Source: Catajapyx aquilonaris (lineage: Eukaryota). Taken from it: a DNA stretch of 64,000 bases. The position numbers and the translations under genes are program-made. Position 1 is the stretch's first letter, and each line of letters begins with the position of its first letter. Below the pieces are notes generated by a model, which did no database searches, was not told the origin of the DNA, and worked only from the letters and a program-made list of their open reading frames with translations. Where the stretch lies: positions 1-64,000 of the forward strand of contig KZ539491.1 in the NCBI GenBank assembly GCA_000934665.2, written 5' to 3'. Below are positions 12,693-28,000 of this stretch, one piece after another.

Positions 12693-13043
12693 TATTATTA
12701 TTATTTTACCCCTTGATGTCCCTTATGGGAGCTATAGGGGGGGTGGCATACCACCATCAGTTTTCTGATATATTTTCGCTTCAATCACCGGTGCAAGGAA
12801 ACAGGGACAGTGGGAAAGGATAGGGATTTTTGGGGAGGGAACATGGGTGCAAGGTGCAATGTCGTAGCTAATGGGTCATGTGCTGTTCCCCAGGAGGTTA
12901 GGTTGCCAGACACCTCCTTGGTGCAGGTCAGAGACCCTCCTGACGCAGGTGAAAGGAAAGTTTCCCAGGCGGGGATCGAACCTTGGGCCTTTCACTCAGC
13001 AAGCCGTGACGTTACCATCACGGCCACCACACCTCCCCACATC
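12693..13043 (-). mobile_element. tRNA-derived SINE, full length, (TAA)n tail
   Basis: The minus strand has an A-box-like TGGCCGTGATGG and B-box GGTTCGATCCC. Head and body are near-identical to 30104-30435. A perfect 15-bp TSD CTACTTCACATTTAT lies at 12678-12692 and 13044-13058. Confidence 0.92.
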
Positions 13044-16000
13044 CTACTTCACATTTATACATATAGTGACATGGTTTTACAGTGCCAAATGTTTGTTTTG
13101 ACACATTTTATTATTTTGTATATGACATACCGGTACTATAGTGTATTCTTTGAAGTTAGTTTGATATTGTTGGTAACCTTTACTTAGGCCTACTTGAGTT
13201 ATGTGCTTTAATAAGCCTACGCTTATAGCATGCTCCTCTGAGATTAACGCCCACTATACATTGTTACATGCAGGATTATACATGTGTACTTCACAGTGTA
13301 TCCTGACATTATTTGGTGAAGTATATTTTTTGTAACCCTTGTTGCCGAGTGCAAACATACATAGTTCCACAGTTAACAATTTTTATGTCATTGTGTGACT
13401 TGTCGCCTCCCCCCAAAATGAAGCACTTTGTTCCATCTGTTTTCCTTAATTGGTCAAAATGAGCCGCACATATTGCACACTGTAAATCTGGAACCTCTCG
13501 ATCCAATACGAAATTCGACATGACAGTTGTTGCGAGTTTTAATCTCTATTTTTTTCCACCCTTTTCGCGGGGCAAGTATAGGATCCGGAAATAATTAACG
13601 CATTGTAATTACACTGGTCATTGCGCGAATTGAAAGTTAATGGGCATGATTTAATAGCTGTTGTCGGTAGTGGATAACAAGGACATTAACGAAATCGAAT
13701 CCTAAACCAAATCAAATGCCCGAGGTTCGGCGCGTGAATCCGCAGATTGGAAGCTGCGGGTGAGCATTGGCATGCGGTCGCACGTGCGAACGCAGATTTA
13801 AACACTTGTTTTACAACCAGATATGTGGTAAACACTAACAATGAGGACGCTGCTAGAAAAAAAATCAGAGATAATCAGGTTTATTTTAAAAAAATATGGC
13901 GCGTAGCTGATATCGACTATCGGAACACTGTAGCTGACAGACGTGACCTGCAGCATTCTTTGACATCACGACTTGTACACGATTCTGTATGAAGTTTTGA
14001 TACACTGGCTGAAAAAAAACAAGGCCACAAAAAAATATTTTGTTGTTGTGGGATCGTGTCTGCGGGAGAGTCTTGAGCTGTTTTCCGTGAAACGAGATTT
14101 CACGCAGCAATTCACCAGCGGGACACCCGGCTGAATGGGTAAGGCCCCGTGACAAAATAACCAACGTGGGGGTCTGTCAAAGGCACCGGAAAAGACTAAT
14201 CGCTACCCTGCCGCGTTGTGGCGAAAGTGCATCCAGCATTACTCACATGCTTTTGACATCCAGGCCGACCAGGACCAGACACTACATATATGCCCATGTA
14301 CGACTAGAAGACCTTTATATATTTTTTTACACATTTTTATTTAAAAATATATTTTTGAAGTGGTTATTGGTAAAAATGGTTTAACTACCTGAATTTCCCG
14401 TTTTCATTATTTTCATCGTGTTTTTGGTTGATATCAATCGGGACTCATATTTTCCGATTTTTTTGGTTATAAACCTGAGCAAGCATGCGCTTTGGTAATT
14501 GGGTGGAAACTGCGTGTCCAGTCAGTGCCATTTGTTCAAAGTGACGCGGGGAATGGACCGTTCTGCTCGTGCGAGAGGGAATTGGCGGGTGGAAGGGGGG
14601 AGGGGGGGGGGTGCTGGATCGGTCATTAGAAGATTAACCTTTTTCCAAGCCGACAGGAAATATTGCCTGGTGTCAAGGAAGAGCTTGATGGATTCATGTG
14701 GCTGGTTACGGACGAGGAAACGCATCAGTTTTATACTCGGTACCGACCCTCCCCCCTTTAAAAAACGACCAAAATGGCCCCAACTGGACTGACATTAGAA
14801 TTATCGTTCTAGGGCATCATAATGTGAATCATGTTGGCCTCTCATGAATAATATATCAAATTTGTAAATGAGTTAAAAAAACCCCCTCCCCTATATTGCA
14901 GTTCAGAATCTCCTGCAAATTGATATCCACAGGTGTGAGCATTTTGAACACAAAATTTGACTACTAACTTATGAAGGCATGTGGGTCAATAATTTTGTGC
15001 ATTTACAGGCAGTTTTCCACCCTCCCCTATCTAATATCATCCTCGATTGAGCGTGTGTTTTTCAGAGCACCTAGCTTCCCCCTGTAATAATACCAGCTTT
15101 TCGTCCCTACAAAGTTTGGTCCCCTGAGGCTGTCGCAACTCCGATTTGAGCACTCACACAGAGATGTGCATTTAAAGGGCAATTCTCACGAGTCTGACTC
15201 TAGCGAAGGCACTGCATTAATTGGGGAATTTTATCCCCTGGCTTCAAGCTAGGGGAAAATGAAAGGGGGTTGAGGGAGAGAAGAAAAAAAATGGCGGAGA
15301 TCCGATTGATTAAAATGGGTGCCGTTATCCAGTGTTTATCTTGGAAGTTAGATGACCATAGGGACGAATTTAAGGAAAATGGAAGTGTGCATCGCAAATA
15401 GGGGTCGTATAATGTACAGTACAAGAGAACAACAATACTGTAAGTATTTTAAAAAAACAGTTTCGAAATAATATAAAACGACTGGAAATTTGCTGTGAAA
15501 TTTAATGTACGTATTTATATCAAGTATGCAGAAAATGCAAAATTCTTGCGTTTAGGGCACCAACACAGTGCCTAGCAGAGTTATTTTAGGTTCTCACGTG
15601 CGTTGTTGTAACCTGTTCATGAGGCAGGGTTTACACCATTATTCAAAATTATATCATAGCAAAATATTGTGTCAGATGTGTGCGTTTTACACTAATTTTC
15701 CATTATGTCAGCCGTGGGTCTTGATAAACATAATTTATTTTTGCTACATTATGCCGATTTTTGCTTCTGGTTGTAATGAGTATACAGGAGTATCACATAA
15801 TTATTGTTTCCTATACAGTTCTGAATTCCGCGTACGGTAAGTCAATTACCTGCACTTTAGTAGTTACAATTCTAGCAATAAAATTAGAATTAAATATTTT
15901 GGCCTTTTATAGTGTTTCTAGGGACTCACCCATAAAATCAATGACAAAATGTATCATTCTTGACTATCTTAAGATACGACCATAACCCTCGTCCTCTTTA

Positions 16001-16054
16001 AGACACACGAATTACATATACACATCTGTGCCTTTAGTTACCAGATTCCACCCC

Positions 16055-16069
16055 NNNNNNNNNNNNNNN
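16055..16069. other. Assembly gap (15 N)
   Basis: Run of N. Single Ns also occur in or next to several G/C homopolymers and in the CT repeat. Confidence 0.99.
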
Positions 16070-19000
16070 CGATCGAAGTGAAGAAACTTTGCGCATTCCG
16101 TGTCCGACATGTATTATTGAACAGCTACACGCCATTTGTCATTTGAATGGCACCATTTTTAGAATGCTGGGCATAAATCGTCGGACGCCGCGTGCCGTGG
16201 ACAAGATGCACGAGGAGCAAACTTGTCGCCAACTCTGTGTGTGGCTGTGTGTGTTTTGAAAACCCTAGTCCGGACTGATAGGCGAGCCCGACACGAGCTC
16301 TAATTCCCGGGGTTACAATATATGACTCTGAGTCGACGTCGAGGATTACAACCGAGTTACCTTCTGCTTTCCGTAACCGCAGCACCCGGATTATGGAGCA
16401 GAACGTAACTAGAATGGAGCAATTCTTCATGGATAAGCGAGGCCCGTATGATGCAATTACTGTCCCTTTTATATGTGAAATTAGTGCAAGGGCGTGCGAC
16501 GAGACTTGACTCTTAGCACTATCTTGTGTGCAGGGCGTGACACATCCTGGTGTCAGAACGATGGGTTGTTAACTACTCGCATAACTTCCAACCTGTGCTC
16601 TACACACTGACACATATTGTCATGTTTTGCACCTGCTCAACTCGAGGGACTTTTTAGGGTATAAAACAAGTAAAGAAGTTTTGTTAGTATTTGAATAATA
16701 TTACTTTTATATAATATTATGTGAGTTTAAACTTTAAGTAGGCTACTATGGATGCCTTATACTGTTGCCACTTCGCCTGTCCTAATTCAATTTGGTTTTA
16801 TTTCTGAATAATTGTAAAACTATAGAGATCCAGAGGATTGTGAAGTCCAGAAATAACCACAAAAAATTATGTGTGATATTATTGGTGCTATTACAGGGTG
16901 ATATCGTTGTGCAAATTTAGCTTGGGCCGACAATATCCTGTGGACCAGATAATCACTTTACCACAAATCATTGCGCCACAAAAAGCCCAATCAATCTAAT
17001 CCAGGATCGGAACTTTCTCATATATGGAAAAAGCTTCTCCCATACGCTCAAAATACATCCACGGCGCGGAGCGGTGAGATTAATGCATAGCACTGATGGG
17101 TATTTAAAATATTCCCTGAGAGCCTACAGGCCTGACACAGATTGTTTGTTTGCAAAGCTAATAGACAATGCAGTATGCTTTGGAAATACATCGACTTGTA
17201 TGGATAGACAGTAGTGTAGACTGCATATGATATGACATGAGGTCATTCCGCCAACTACATTCCACCAAATGCTCCAGACATAAATAATTAAGACACGTCT
17301 TCTGTGCATTTCGATTTGTTGACCAGTCTGCTGATTATCCGAACACTCCTGGATCCGCATTGGCTCTGGTGACATGGGGACGAAAATCGACAGTGTTCGT
17401 ACTGCCAAGTCCGTTTATCCCTTGAAGACGGGGAAGAAAGAGCGCCCCCCGTCCTCCCAAAAAAGAGCAAAAAAAATCCCGGTATACTAGCAGTCTGAGA
17501 TTGAGGTTGGGAGATAATACAGGGAACAGCTTAAGGGCTCACCAAAGCCGTCCGCCCCACGCGTTTTGTCCCATCGGGAGGTGATTTATCCTCGGCAGCC
17601 AGAATAAAGTGTTGCCCTGCCTCCCCAGCTTCCTCCGCCATCTTGGGTTCAAACAGGAAGGAATGGAAATAAGGCTGATTTGCAAATGGTGCACGAAGAC
17701 GACATTTTTTTGCCACTACTTATTAGATAGGTAACGGGAATGGAGTAGTGTATCCTACTTCCGCCAATATAAAACAGGCTGAAACTTTCGAACAATAATT
17801 CCTAGCAAGGCATGAAGGTATCCTGGCGTTATACAACCAGCAGTACTCTAGTTGGTCGCCGGATCTTGGCCGTCTCTTGGGCGAGTGTTGTTGGTTGCAT
17901 AGCGTCAGGGTACGTTTGGCCCTATTTTTACAACAGATTGTGTCCAGAATATTCCATTACAAATAACACTACCATTTCCGTCATAACGCGAAGAAATTCA
18001 CATTTTTCCAGTGTTTATGTATACATGTGTGTGCGCCGGCAATCATTTGGCCGGTAAATCAAACTGAAATATGGCGTAATTAGGACAGACACAGCCATGT
18101 TGGTATGCGGGCAGGAATAGCAGAAGTTAATTTTCACACCCTTCCCCCTCTCCATTCCATCTACCAACCACGGCCACCACCCCTTCAGTTACGTGCAAAC
18201 GAGTTGTGTAGGCTATGACCAGAGAAAAGTTGCACGTGTCGGTAATTCCAACCGGATTAGGCCATCTCTCGTTTAACAGCTTCTCCGCTGGCCAAACGTC
18301 AAATTTGCAATTAACCTGATTATGATATTTTGGGCGGGAAAAAATATCAAAAAAATAGTACATGGCGTGTAATCCTTCTCATTCGGGAATTCTCGACATC
18401 ACGGCTAGCTCAACTGCAAAACCCAGTTCATTACAGCATATACATTTGCACGAACGTGAAAACAGCGCAGTTTGGTGTAGTCCTGTGCTGGATCATCACG
18501 CCCTCTCACATTAGCATCAAAGTGGGCTTGGTCCAACACCAACAAAAACTTGATCATATACGTATGTGCTCTAGCAAGTTTGAATTATTTACTACTAAAT
18601 CCCGTGCTGCGAACAATTGTTATTGTGCATATACATTAGCAGCTGGCGTCATAGTAGAGAATGCAACCAAATTTACGGTGGGATAATTAACTTTCGTCGT
18701 TGTAATTGTTGCGGATCTAAGTAAGGCATTGTTTACACTCCAGGACGCCCATTGTGAAAACACGCACATGTCGGCGTCATTACCTAGTGGGAACCAGTTC
18801 GTGTGCTTTTATCCGGATTCTGCCAGCCTTGACACCAGTATCTTACATTCGTGTACTCTATACCAGCAGGGATCACAAATCTGCGAATGTAACATCGTAC
18901 ATTTTTTGTGCTCGTTTGATGTGCGGTCCGGAATGCAGTTTCCATGCCAAGAAGCTGGAATCTGGAGGCAGTGTTCGAGATGGGAGGTCTACTGCCATTA

Positions 19001-22000
19001 CTCTAGACTTGTTGACAATTTTTCACTCTCACAGTACACTACTCTGATATATTTCAGTGGCAGTCTCATTAGCGATCGTTTGTACCGGAATGTGTTGAAT
19101 CGGCCAGCTCATGTACTACCGCAGTATACTTTTTTTTCTGGACCTAAACATTAGCGTCCTAGGCTCGAGAGCTCCGAATCCAAGCATTTATGCTTATACA
19201 TTAGTCTGCCAACATGTTGAGAGATTTAGGACCGGATTTGGTCGGACCGCCGAGTCTCTTTGTAATTTGTGAACCCGAAAAGGACGGATGCGGGAAACTA
19301 AACCCGGCCTTAACGAGAACTGGGCTGTACACTGTACACCTAGGCTGGAGTGAGGAAAAATGTGGAATAATAATAATAAAATGGCTCTTAGGGAAGCTGA
19401 AAAGTAATTGAAATTTGATGGACCTGTTTTAATTAGGTCTGGTAAGGCCATAAATAATCTCCTTAAAAATAGGAGTTTTTAATCGCCCTCTAAAATTTTT
19501 ATCCCTGGACCTAGGAGGATCCCATTAAAAACGAGTTACCATGAGAGGCCGGCTTTTGGCATATGCCACCTGTGCACAGGACACTACGCTGCGGGCGACA
19601 ATAGTAGCCAGCTACTTTCATTTATTTGCTCATTTGCAGGGGGTTCTAGTTACTTACTAAATGCATATTTCAAATACTCTACGAAAAGTTTCTGGCAAGA
19701 TATCCAACTATTTTTAAGTGTGCAGGTTGCTAACTGAATAACATTCACTTTAAATCCTGCCTCCTATTTAAAAAACCTTGCTCAAATATCCCCCTTTTTA
19801 ATCGGGTCGATATCACGGCCAGGCAAATATTAAAACGTCAAACGTATCCTTCATCATCCTAAGCCTCTTTCTATTATATACCAACCTTCAGCACTTTGAT
19901 TCATTCAGAGCAGTTAAGTTCATATGTTTATCCGGCTCAGTTTCTCCTTGAGCAAGTTGCTTTGAAGTCGCAGATCGGCTTTGACCGGATGACATCTCAC
20001 TTAGTGCAAAGGTAATGATGGCAGGAAATTTTTACTGGCATCTCCATAGCTGCATGCCTTCGGCGGCACTGGAAACATCAAGAGGCATATACCAAAAGAT
20101 TTTTTTTTTAAAGAAGGGGGCATGTCTTCGATCTTATCTGATTCTGGCGGTGCATGGCGGCGCCATCATTAGTTTACATGTCTATCGCCCATGGCTTTAA
20201 TATTACTCATGCTGTTAATACTTCAAGGCTGATATGGGGAATTCGGTGGTGGATGTATAAAAAAAGGGCTGTCGCAAATCTTCAAAGTGTGGCCGCTTTG
20301 CAAAACCGCTCACCTGTCCGTCATAGTCGAGTCTGCGGGCATATTGCGCAAAAAAAACTATATGGTTATGCTTTGCTAATGCTAGATATGATTACTTTCA
20401 CCGCACATCTCATTTCGGGTCGCGCTCATTTCGGTGGCTGCCAGAGCACAGGAACACTTATGTCATATGGGCATTGCTAGGCTATTTCATTTTTGCCCGC
20501 AAATTTTTTTCCGCAGTGGTCGTACTCCTATATTCGTTTTTTTTGCAAGGGTATGCGGGGAAATTAAAATGGGGCTATATGTAAGATATTGCGAGCTTGC
20601 GGATGGCCAGGTGTTTTTATTGAGTGTGTGTATAGTGGGGAGTGTGTTATAGCGACCTTTATGCCGCACTTTTATAGTGTTTTTAGCATAGGGGATCTAA
20701 ATTGCAATTGGAAAATAGAGCTGCAAAATTCTGATATATGGAGTAAGCCACAGAACGCGGTAGAAATGCAATGCTAGATTCATGGAAAATTCATAATAGA
20801 GTGAAAAGTCATGTGAAACCACATGTACGGTGTACATATGCATTAGCAGCAGTTTAAATTTATAATAATTCCATTAGATAGTATGTCAGTGTAAATTTTG
20901 CTTCTCTGCTGTATCACATTCTGTAGGCTATAGCTGCAGGAACATGTTTTGGTCCTCAGTAATTTTGCGACACCCTGGTATAGGAAGTGTCCAAAAGGGA
21001 CAGAAAGATCGTTATGTAACATCGTTATGGCATCCTTCCCCTTGGCCACTCCTTGTCCGGGCAAACACACAGGAAGAGGAAAATTAATGGTGAGTCATGG
21101 TAACTAAACCAGACCAGAAAACATCGGATAAAGTAAATGGATCACCAGCCTGAATGACGGAGCAAAAGGAAGTTCTCTGAGTTGTTTGGCCAGGCTGTGC
21201 CCAGGAATTGAATCGACCTAGTTTTTTCTCTTCTCCCCCCCCCCCCNACGTCTTTTTATTATTTGAGAAAAAGCTATACGTCGACCACGAGACGACGTTT
21301 CTATTTGAACTCGACAACTCGCCATATTGTTTCCGTGCCGGATTTCAGAGTCGTAAGCTTTAGTAAATAGTGTCCCTTGTGTTTCACCGTTTCGATGTAG
21401 GTTTGTCCTGCGGCGTTGATTTTTATTGGAAGCGTCGGAGGCAAATGTGAGTGGCTTTTCTCCGGAAGAAATTTAATTCTAGGAGCTATGGTTTGAGGCC
21501 TGGGATTTTCTCTCTTTGGGCCCTCTTTTTCTCGCCTTTCCTCCCTCCTCTCCTCCGGTTACCTTCTTTCCAGGCTGCTTTGTCGCAGGCTAAGCCCTCC
21601 CCAAACTGACTGCAGTTTAATGAATTCGCCGTCTGGGCCCCAGATTAGGATGCGCCAGCCATCCGCCGATGGAATTAGAGGCTCACGTTCTACGCCCCCC
21701 TTGCTTTTCAATGGTTTCGATTTCGCCCGCACGGGGGTCCAAGGAACCCTTCTCTCTTTTTCCCCCACCCATCCCCAAAAAACCCCTTCAACCCAAGCCG
21801 GGCTTAGGTCTCAGATTCTCCAACTCAAAACCTTACCTTTGATCAAGGATTTTCCTCTTTTTCCTTTCCACAGGCTCTGCCGGATTCTGCAGAATCTCCT
21901 CTGGACCAAAGGGAGCCTATACTTGTTTACTGCTGGCCCCTGTTCTCGTTTTTGTGATATAAGCGATTCTTGGCTTGCAACGATTCTCTTTATGGCTCTG

Positions 22001-25000
22001 TTGTTCGGGCAGACCACCGAGTTGGGACGTGAGGTGCGTGGTTAGATGGCGTCACGACAGGTGGCGCACCGCATGCTGGTGTCATGGCGACCCGGAGGAC
22101 AGTTAGTTATGTGACATGACAGCTGACGCAGACTGGCTGCCACGTAAATGAGCCGTTTCATGATGGGCCATTGGGATCATATTTATGGTAAAGATTTTCG
22201 GCGTTTTTGCAAATAGTTCTTTGTGGTATGGTGGAAAAAATGGTCGTTTGTGATATGAAAAAAGAGGGGAGGTTTGGGGAATGAGGCCGAAATTATGTAC
22301 ACGCCATTATCGTATCCACGGGCCATTAAATGGGGTCCTAGATATTTGTTTTCGGCCGCAGAGGATGGACCTAGTAATGTGTCCCTTGGGGTGTATTTAA
22401 GCGTTATTTGCCGGAATTTGTCGACGGAGTGCGTTATGAACACAGTTGTGGAATGGTGATGGCAACCCAGAAAAGGAAATTTGTCAACCGAAATGTCGCT
22501 TGCGTGGAGGGGGAGACTATCATTTCGGATTTGACATAGTCATTTTTCCCCCCATACGGATGCCGCATTACGCACACAGCTCGATTGACACTAATGTTCG
22601 CAATGAGCTGTTTGAAGATATACTCTACCTGACATAACCGCTGTTTCGTACCTCCTGGGAAATACGTACCATTTTGGTTCCCTTACCAGCAAGATGAAGC
22701 TAGTTCGAGTCGTTTCTTGACAATGAACGTAGGTAGCGGTCGAAATGTGACGCCCAGCAATATCTCATTTCCGGGCTCGTAACCAGAGGCCTTATGCCAA
22801 CGTTCCCAATGCAATGTAGGGGAACCCCCCTCCTGCATGCTGCTTTTATGCGGGCATTACCGGTTGGACTAGGGCCCCCGATTTATCGCTAGGACGACCT
22901 CCTTTGGCCACTCGGATCGCAATTGAAAGCGTAATTAAGTCAGCAAATCGACCCCACCCCCCCTACCCCTTTCCTCGCTAGTGTCTCGTTTATGAATGAT
23001 TTTTATCTTGAGCTCCGAGGGTCTTTGGATTGAATTCGCCACTCATTTTCCTAGCTCTAATATTATATGCACCCTCCACACACATATTCTCCCTTAAGGC
23101 ATCCCCCCTTCCATATATCTGGCGGTGCTCCCATCCCCATCGGCCCAATAATATTGACCGTTAATTAGGTTCTAACTTTATGGTAGGCCAGTGTTGCGGC
23201 TTGGGAGGATAATATCCCCCGAATGATGAGGCTTTGGCCAAACTCCGGAACATGCCGCCGGACTGATAGAACATCCACACCAAAGCCGTTTGCACTCTCC
23301 TCTAATCGAGTCTCTAATAAAACGTACTGCACAAGAGGATGGGCCTGGGGCCTTCGTTAGCTCCGGAAGATTCGGACATGTGAAAGAGCTGGGTCTCTTT
23401 TTTATGAGAGTTCCAAATGGCAAGTGTCGAAAAGCCCATATGCATATTTGCAATCAGGAGCCAACTGAGCATTAGTGGTCCAATCTATTTTTTAAAGGCC
23501 TGAAGGATGGAGTACTATTTGCTTTACTTTGTGAGCGTATGCAACATTTGCAATTGATATTAATAATAAAATATCTGGGTTCCATACTGTGGCTTGTAGC
23601 CCGTTGGGATTATTTTCCGCATTTTTAAAGGTTCGACCACAACGCTGGTTGGCCCTTTAAAAATAGGGCCACCTGTTTATGAGACCCCCCCAAATATCAT
23701 CCATTTGTATTCATCTGCGAAGAGGTTGGGGCCAGGGAAAAAAAAGAAGGACCGGAGTTTCAAGTGACGAGAAAAGGGAAAGGACACAACAGATGGCGTG
23801 GCATATCTTTTGTGCTCTAGGGCATAAATTCCATTATCTGAGGCCTGCAATGGCCTCCCAGCATGGGCTCTGAGATGAAGTACGATGGAGGCAGGCTTTC
23901 CCCAACTCTCCGTAAGTCACTTCTGTGCTATCGAAAAAGAACGGTCCACAAGAGACCCCTCCTCGGAATAGGCCAGAGAACACTATTTTCACCACCTCCA
24001 CTTCAGAAGTTCATTCGATATATCGTCACTTTCGCAGTTATTGGTTTAGACCTTCTTATCAGGAAGAGACAGATGCAGTAGCCGTACATCGGTTGTTTGA
24101 AAGCCTACCATCGTATGCACAATGCAAGCTCTTTATATGGTACGTCTTGTCGCCTAGCTAGGAAGGATGCCCCCTTTCTTCTATATTAAAAGACCGAACA
24201 TTACGGAGTGTAATGACTTGGAAGTAACTCCTTGATGGAAGTGGGGAGGGGCAGCATATCGCCTTTTTTTTAACTTCCTCTGGGTCGATGCGACTTTCTA
24301 CCCGCTGTTGAACCCGTCTCCAAAAGTTTCTGTGGTCGATTCTTAGACTCGGGAGCTAGAAAAAAGTCTTGAGCCTTCAGTAGGCGCATCCTCCCATCAT
24401 GTCATTTCCAAGGGTCAGAGCAGTTAACTTGAAGCATGGTATGACAATGACATTCCAGATTGGACGATAATGACCAGCTACTGGCTCATCCATGTTTAAG
24501 TCGTTTGATACCGGTTCCGCTCTTGCCCATTTTAGGCATGAAGCTTAGAGATCGCAGTAAGGCGAACAAAAATATATAGTGGATATCTCATTAGGCCCAG
24601 GTCTGCCATCTTAGGGCGAGCTGGGTTGGAAAAAGTGCAATCGCCATGGTGACCTCTACTAATGACCTCATTACGAGTCTTGAAAGGCAGTGCTGAGGAG
24701 ACGTTAGGGAAGCAATGATTTTGATCAACCTGGGTATGTTGGGCAAGGTTTTAAAAAATTTCTGGAAGAAGCGGCTGGGGGCACGGCTATTCGGTAGTAC
24801 AGAGTTGCTCGTATTCATTAGAATGAAGCGCGAGTTCCTCGACCTCATTAATAATCCGGCGGAATATTCCAGGGGAAACAAGGTGCCTCTGGAGCATCTG
24901 GGCTTTCCTGAAGGCCGAGATAAGTGCGGATGAAATCATTCTGACGGTTCATTCATACCACGTCGGAGGGAGAGTGCCTAGATGACATAATACAGGACCA

Positions 25001-28000
25001 GGAAATGTGGCTTTCAGGCCAAGATAATGTGAAATAAGCGCGCGGCTAAGTGAACTATGCTGCTTGTTGCCGTTGTAAAAAAAAACCGGGCCGTTTTTTT
25101 CCCCCGCTCTCCACGGACCGTTGTTTTTGGAGCGTCTAGCATATTCATTAGGCGATGAAAAATGGCCACCGCTCCTGACTCCTTAACGACCTATAGATTG
25201 AACGCATTATCCAAGATGCATAAGTCTATATGCACGTGCAGGGCTCGAAGCAGATTGAAAATTAATAAAACATTTTCATTAACCAGTCTGACTATGGGTG
25301 TTGACAGCATGTCCTCTCTGCTGACCACATGCGGCGCGCTGGCCCGTAATTTCTGCTGATATACACGTATATCGCGGCCCTTGTAATTACGGCTTGTCCG
25401 TCAGTGAAATGTAACGAATAGGACTTGGGGTAGGGCAGCAAAGTCAGTATAAACGAGCCGTTTTGGCGAACGGCTCCGGATTTGTGTGTATAGAGTTCCA
25501 CTTGATTGTTCCGGCTGAAACGGGGTGAAACAGGCTGGCGAGCCCATGGGGCACTGTAATGAAGTGTGCATTGCATTACGCGATTATGCCCTAATTCGAT
25601 GACGTTGCATGGGGCAGCCTAGCGGAATCTCGCCTGAATAGTGCAAGAACAAGAGTGATCTTGACAGGTTCATGGATGCTTCCCCAAAATATTTTTTTGA
25701 GGGGGGGGGGGAAAGCGCGTGCCAATCTGAGCGAAATGTTTCGGTTTATGTACAACGTGTCCTAGGTCTCTCTCTGGTTCCAACCCAGAAGATCGACAGC
25801 TGCACGGCTACTTTGACCCGGGCCTGTCTTTTCAAGCATCGATTTTCCAGTCGGAAGTTCTTCTTCAACCGAGCAGGGCCGCATTGAGAGTCAACTTGTG
25901 TTGCGGCGACACCCACTGGATTAGGCCAAGTTGCAAAATGGGCTGACACCAATACCCTTTCAGAAACCAAATCGGGCGTTTTGAAATGCTGGGGTGTTGA
26001 GAGGCGCTTGTGGAATATTTTGGTGCATATTTTTAAAATTTAAATTATTTTAATCAGACTCTGCGGATAATATGGTCATGTATGCACTTCACCTGGGCAT
26101 GCAGGTATAGAGTATGCAGGCTGTTGGATAATGAAATACTTAATTTCGAATGAATGTAAGCATGTAGCAGCATCATGGACGGGAATTCCTGGTACGGTTG
26201 AATTGTTTGTTTCGACCGTGCCTGGATACACTTTACACAGTGAAAAAGCTTGTAATCTGCATGGTATTAACCACCGACTAAAAATCCGCTACCTGGATAT
26301 ATTGGCATGCAAAAAAAAATTGTCAGCGCACAAGCCTGGAATGTCTGACTCGATAAAAAAAACACCCCACAGTAACAAGTGCCAATTATCCAGCACTCTG
26401 TGTTTACCATGTTCGCTGCACAGTGCGGGTTAACAGATTAACTATAGAAATCGACACCTGCAGGCAAACACGTCTCAAAAGTCATCCGCCACATGCGGGT
26501 ACAAGGGTCCTTTACCCTTCATTTGCCAACCACTCTCTGTCACCATGCTGATTGATCAAGTGTGTCAGGGACTGTCCCACCAAACCACCCCCGTCCCCAG
26601 CTCCGGACGAAAGATACAGTTACTACACAGTACTTATACTCTCTGAATGGAAATGACTGATACATGCTGTGGGTTGCGCATCGGAGAGGAACCGCACAAT
26701 TACCTCCCTTCGATGTATGTGATTTAATATTCACAGTAATTCGGCGCAGTGTAATTCGGCGAGTACCAAAGGGTGAATTTTTTCCCTACAATTGCTTTTA
26801 CATTCTGTTCATGTGCCATTCTGTCAATTGAGCCAATTGTTTGCTAACAGACCTTATTAAGCCCAGTCATCAGTGTCTCTGGTTTTACCATGTTATTTCA
26901 GAAGTCACAGCGGCAATGATATTATTTTATTGGCCGATATTGAAAATGTCAGTTTTTGTTCAGCATTGGATGTGAGTGCTGTTTCGCATGCAAAACGGCC
27001 ACTCATATTCTCCCTCATACGTAGTTTGGGTTCGAATAGTCGATCTGCAGTGTCAACTCAATTCTGATAAAGTGTTATGTACTCCATTTTTGAAAAAATA
27101 ACAGCCATAAAGGGTCTCGGAGTTTCTACAGCCGAGAGAGCCATCAGCGTCCGAGTTTTTTAAACGTGTAAAAATTTCAGGCATGACTAGACCGAAGCAA
27201 TGATGCGGTTTTGCGTAGGCCATCGCGCCTAGAGTTATGTGGTTTTGCACAGCTGGACGTTGACGAGGCGAATATTTCCGAGGGGCCTGTCTGTCGAGCA
27301 AGTATGTGCAGTCGGGCCTATCCTCCAGCAGCCATCCCCCGGCCCTTTACCTCATCCCATGAGCCCAAGGTGCTCTCAACTTGGTTCACAACGTCCCATT
27401 ACCCTAAATGGAATGTGGAAGTATGTGCGGCTCATCTCGTCCCCTTGCTCTTAATGGCGTGGCGCTTGGGGACAAATTCACGACAAGCGTCGGTAAGGAA
27501 GGACCCTGAATCATATAATGAATCAACGAGCATGTGAGTGACAACCGGTCGTTGATTGGAATTGGGCCAATTATAGACTTTTTCTCATCGAAAAAAAGTC
27601 TTATAGAACGGCTCTGTCCGTCTGTGGACAGGTATCAGGGCCTAAACCGCAAGAGATAGCGACAAACGGGTTTCATATTCTGATTAAGCGTGACCTAAAC
27701 AGGTTTCATGGTCAACTTCCGTTGACCCACCACATCCGGTTTTCCGGGTTCATTCTATCCGCACAAGTTTACTTTACCAGTTTCGAAATTAGTTTCCGTG
27801 GATTCCTGACCGGGTGTGTCGGGGATTTACTCAGGGTTTTACCCGGCGCTCTGGCACAGGGGCTGTGGAATTTATTCCTGATGTTGGACATGTTTGCGAT
27901 GCGAGTCCTAGGCCGCCATGGTGTTATCGCCCAGGCCGATACTGGAATAGATACGCTGCCTAGATTACGATATCTAGGTATCGATATATCGATTTACATC

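Noticed and set aside
19059..19550. Possible old Harbinger-like MITE (similar texture at ~9330-9520 and ~33159-33350)
   Set aside because: The putative TIRs match at only about 19 of 32 positions, so boundaries cannot be supported.
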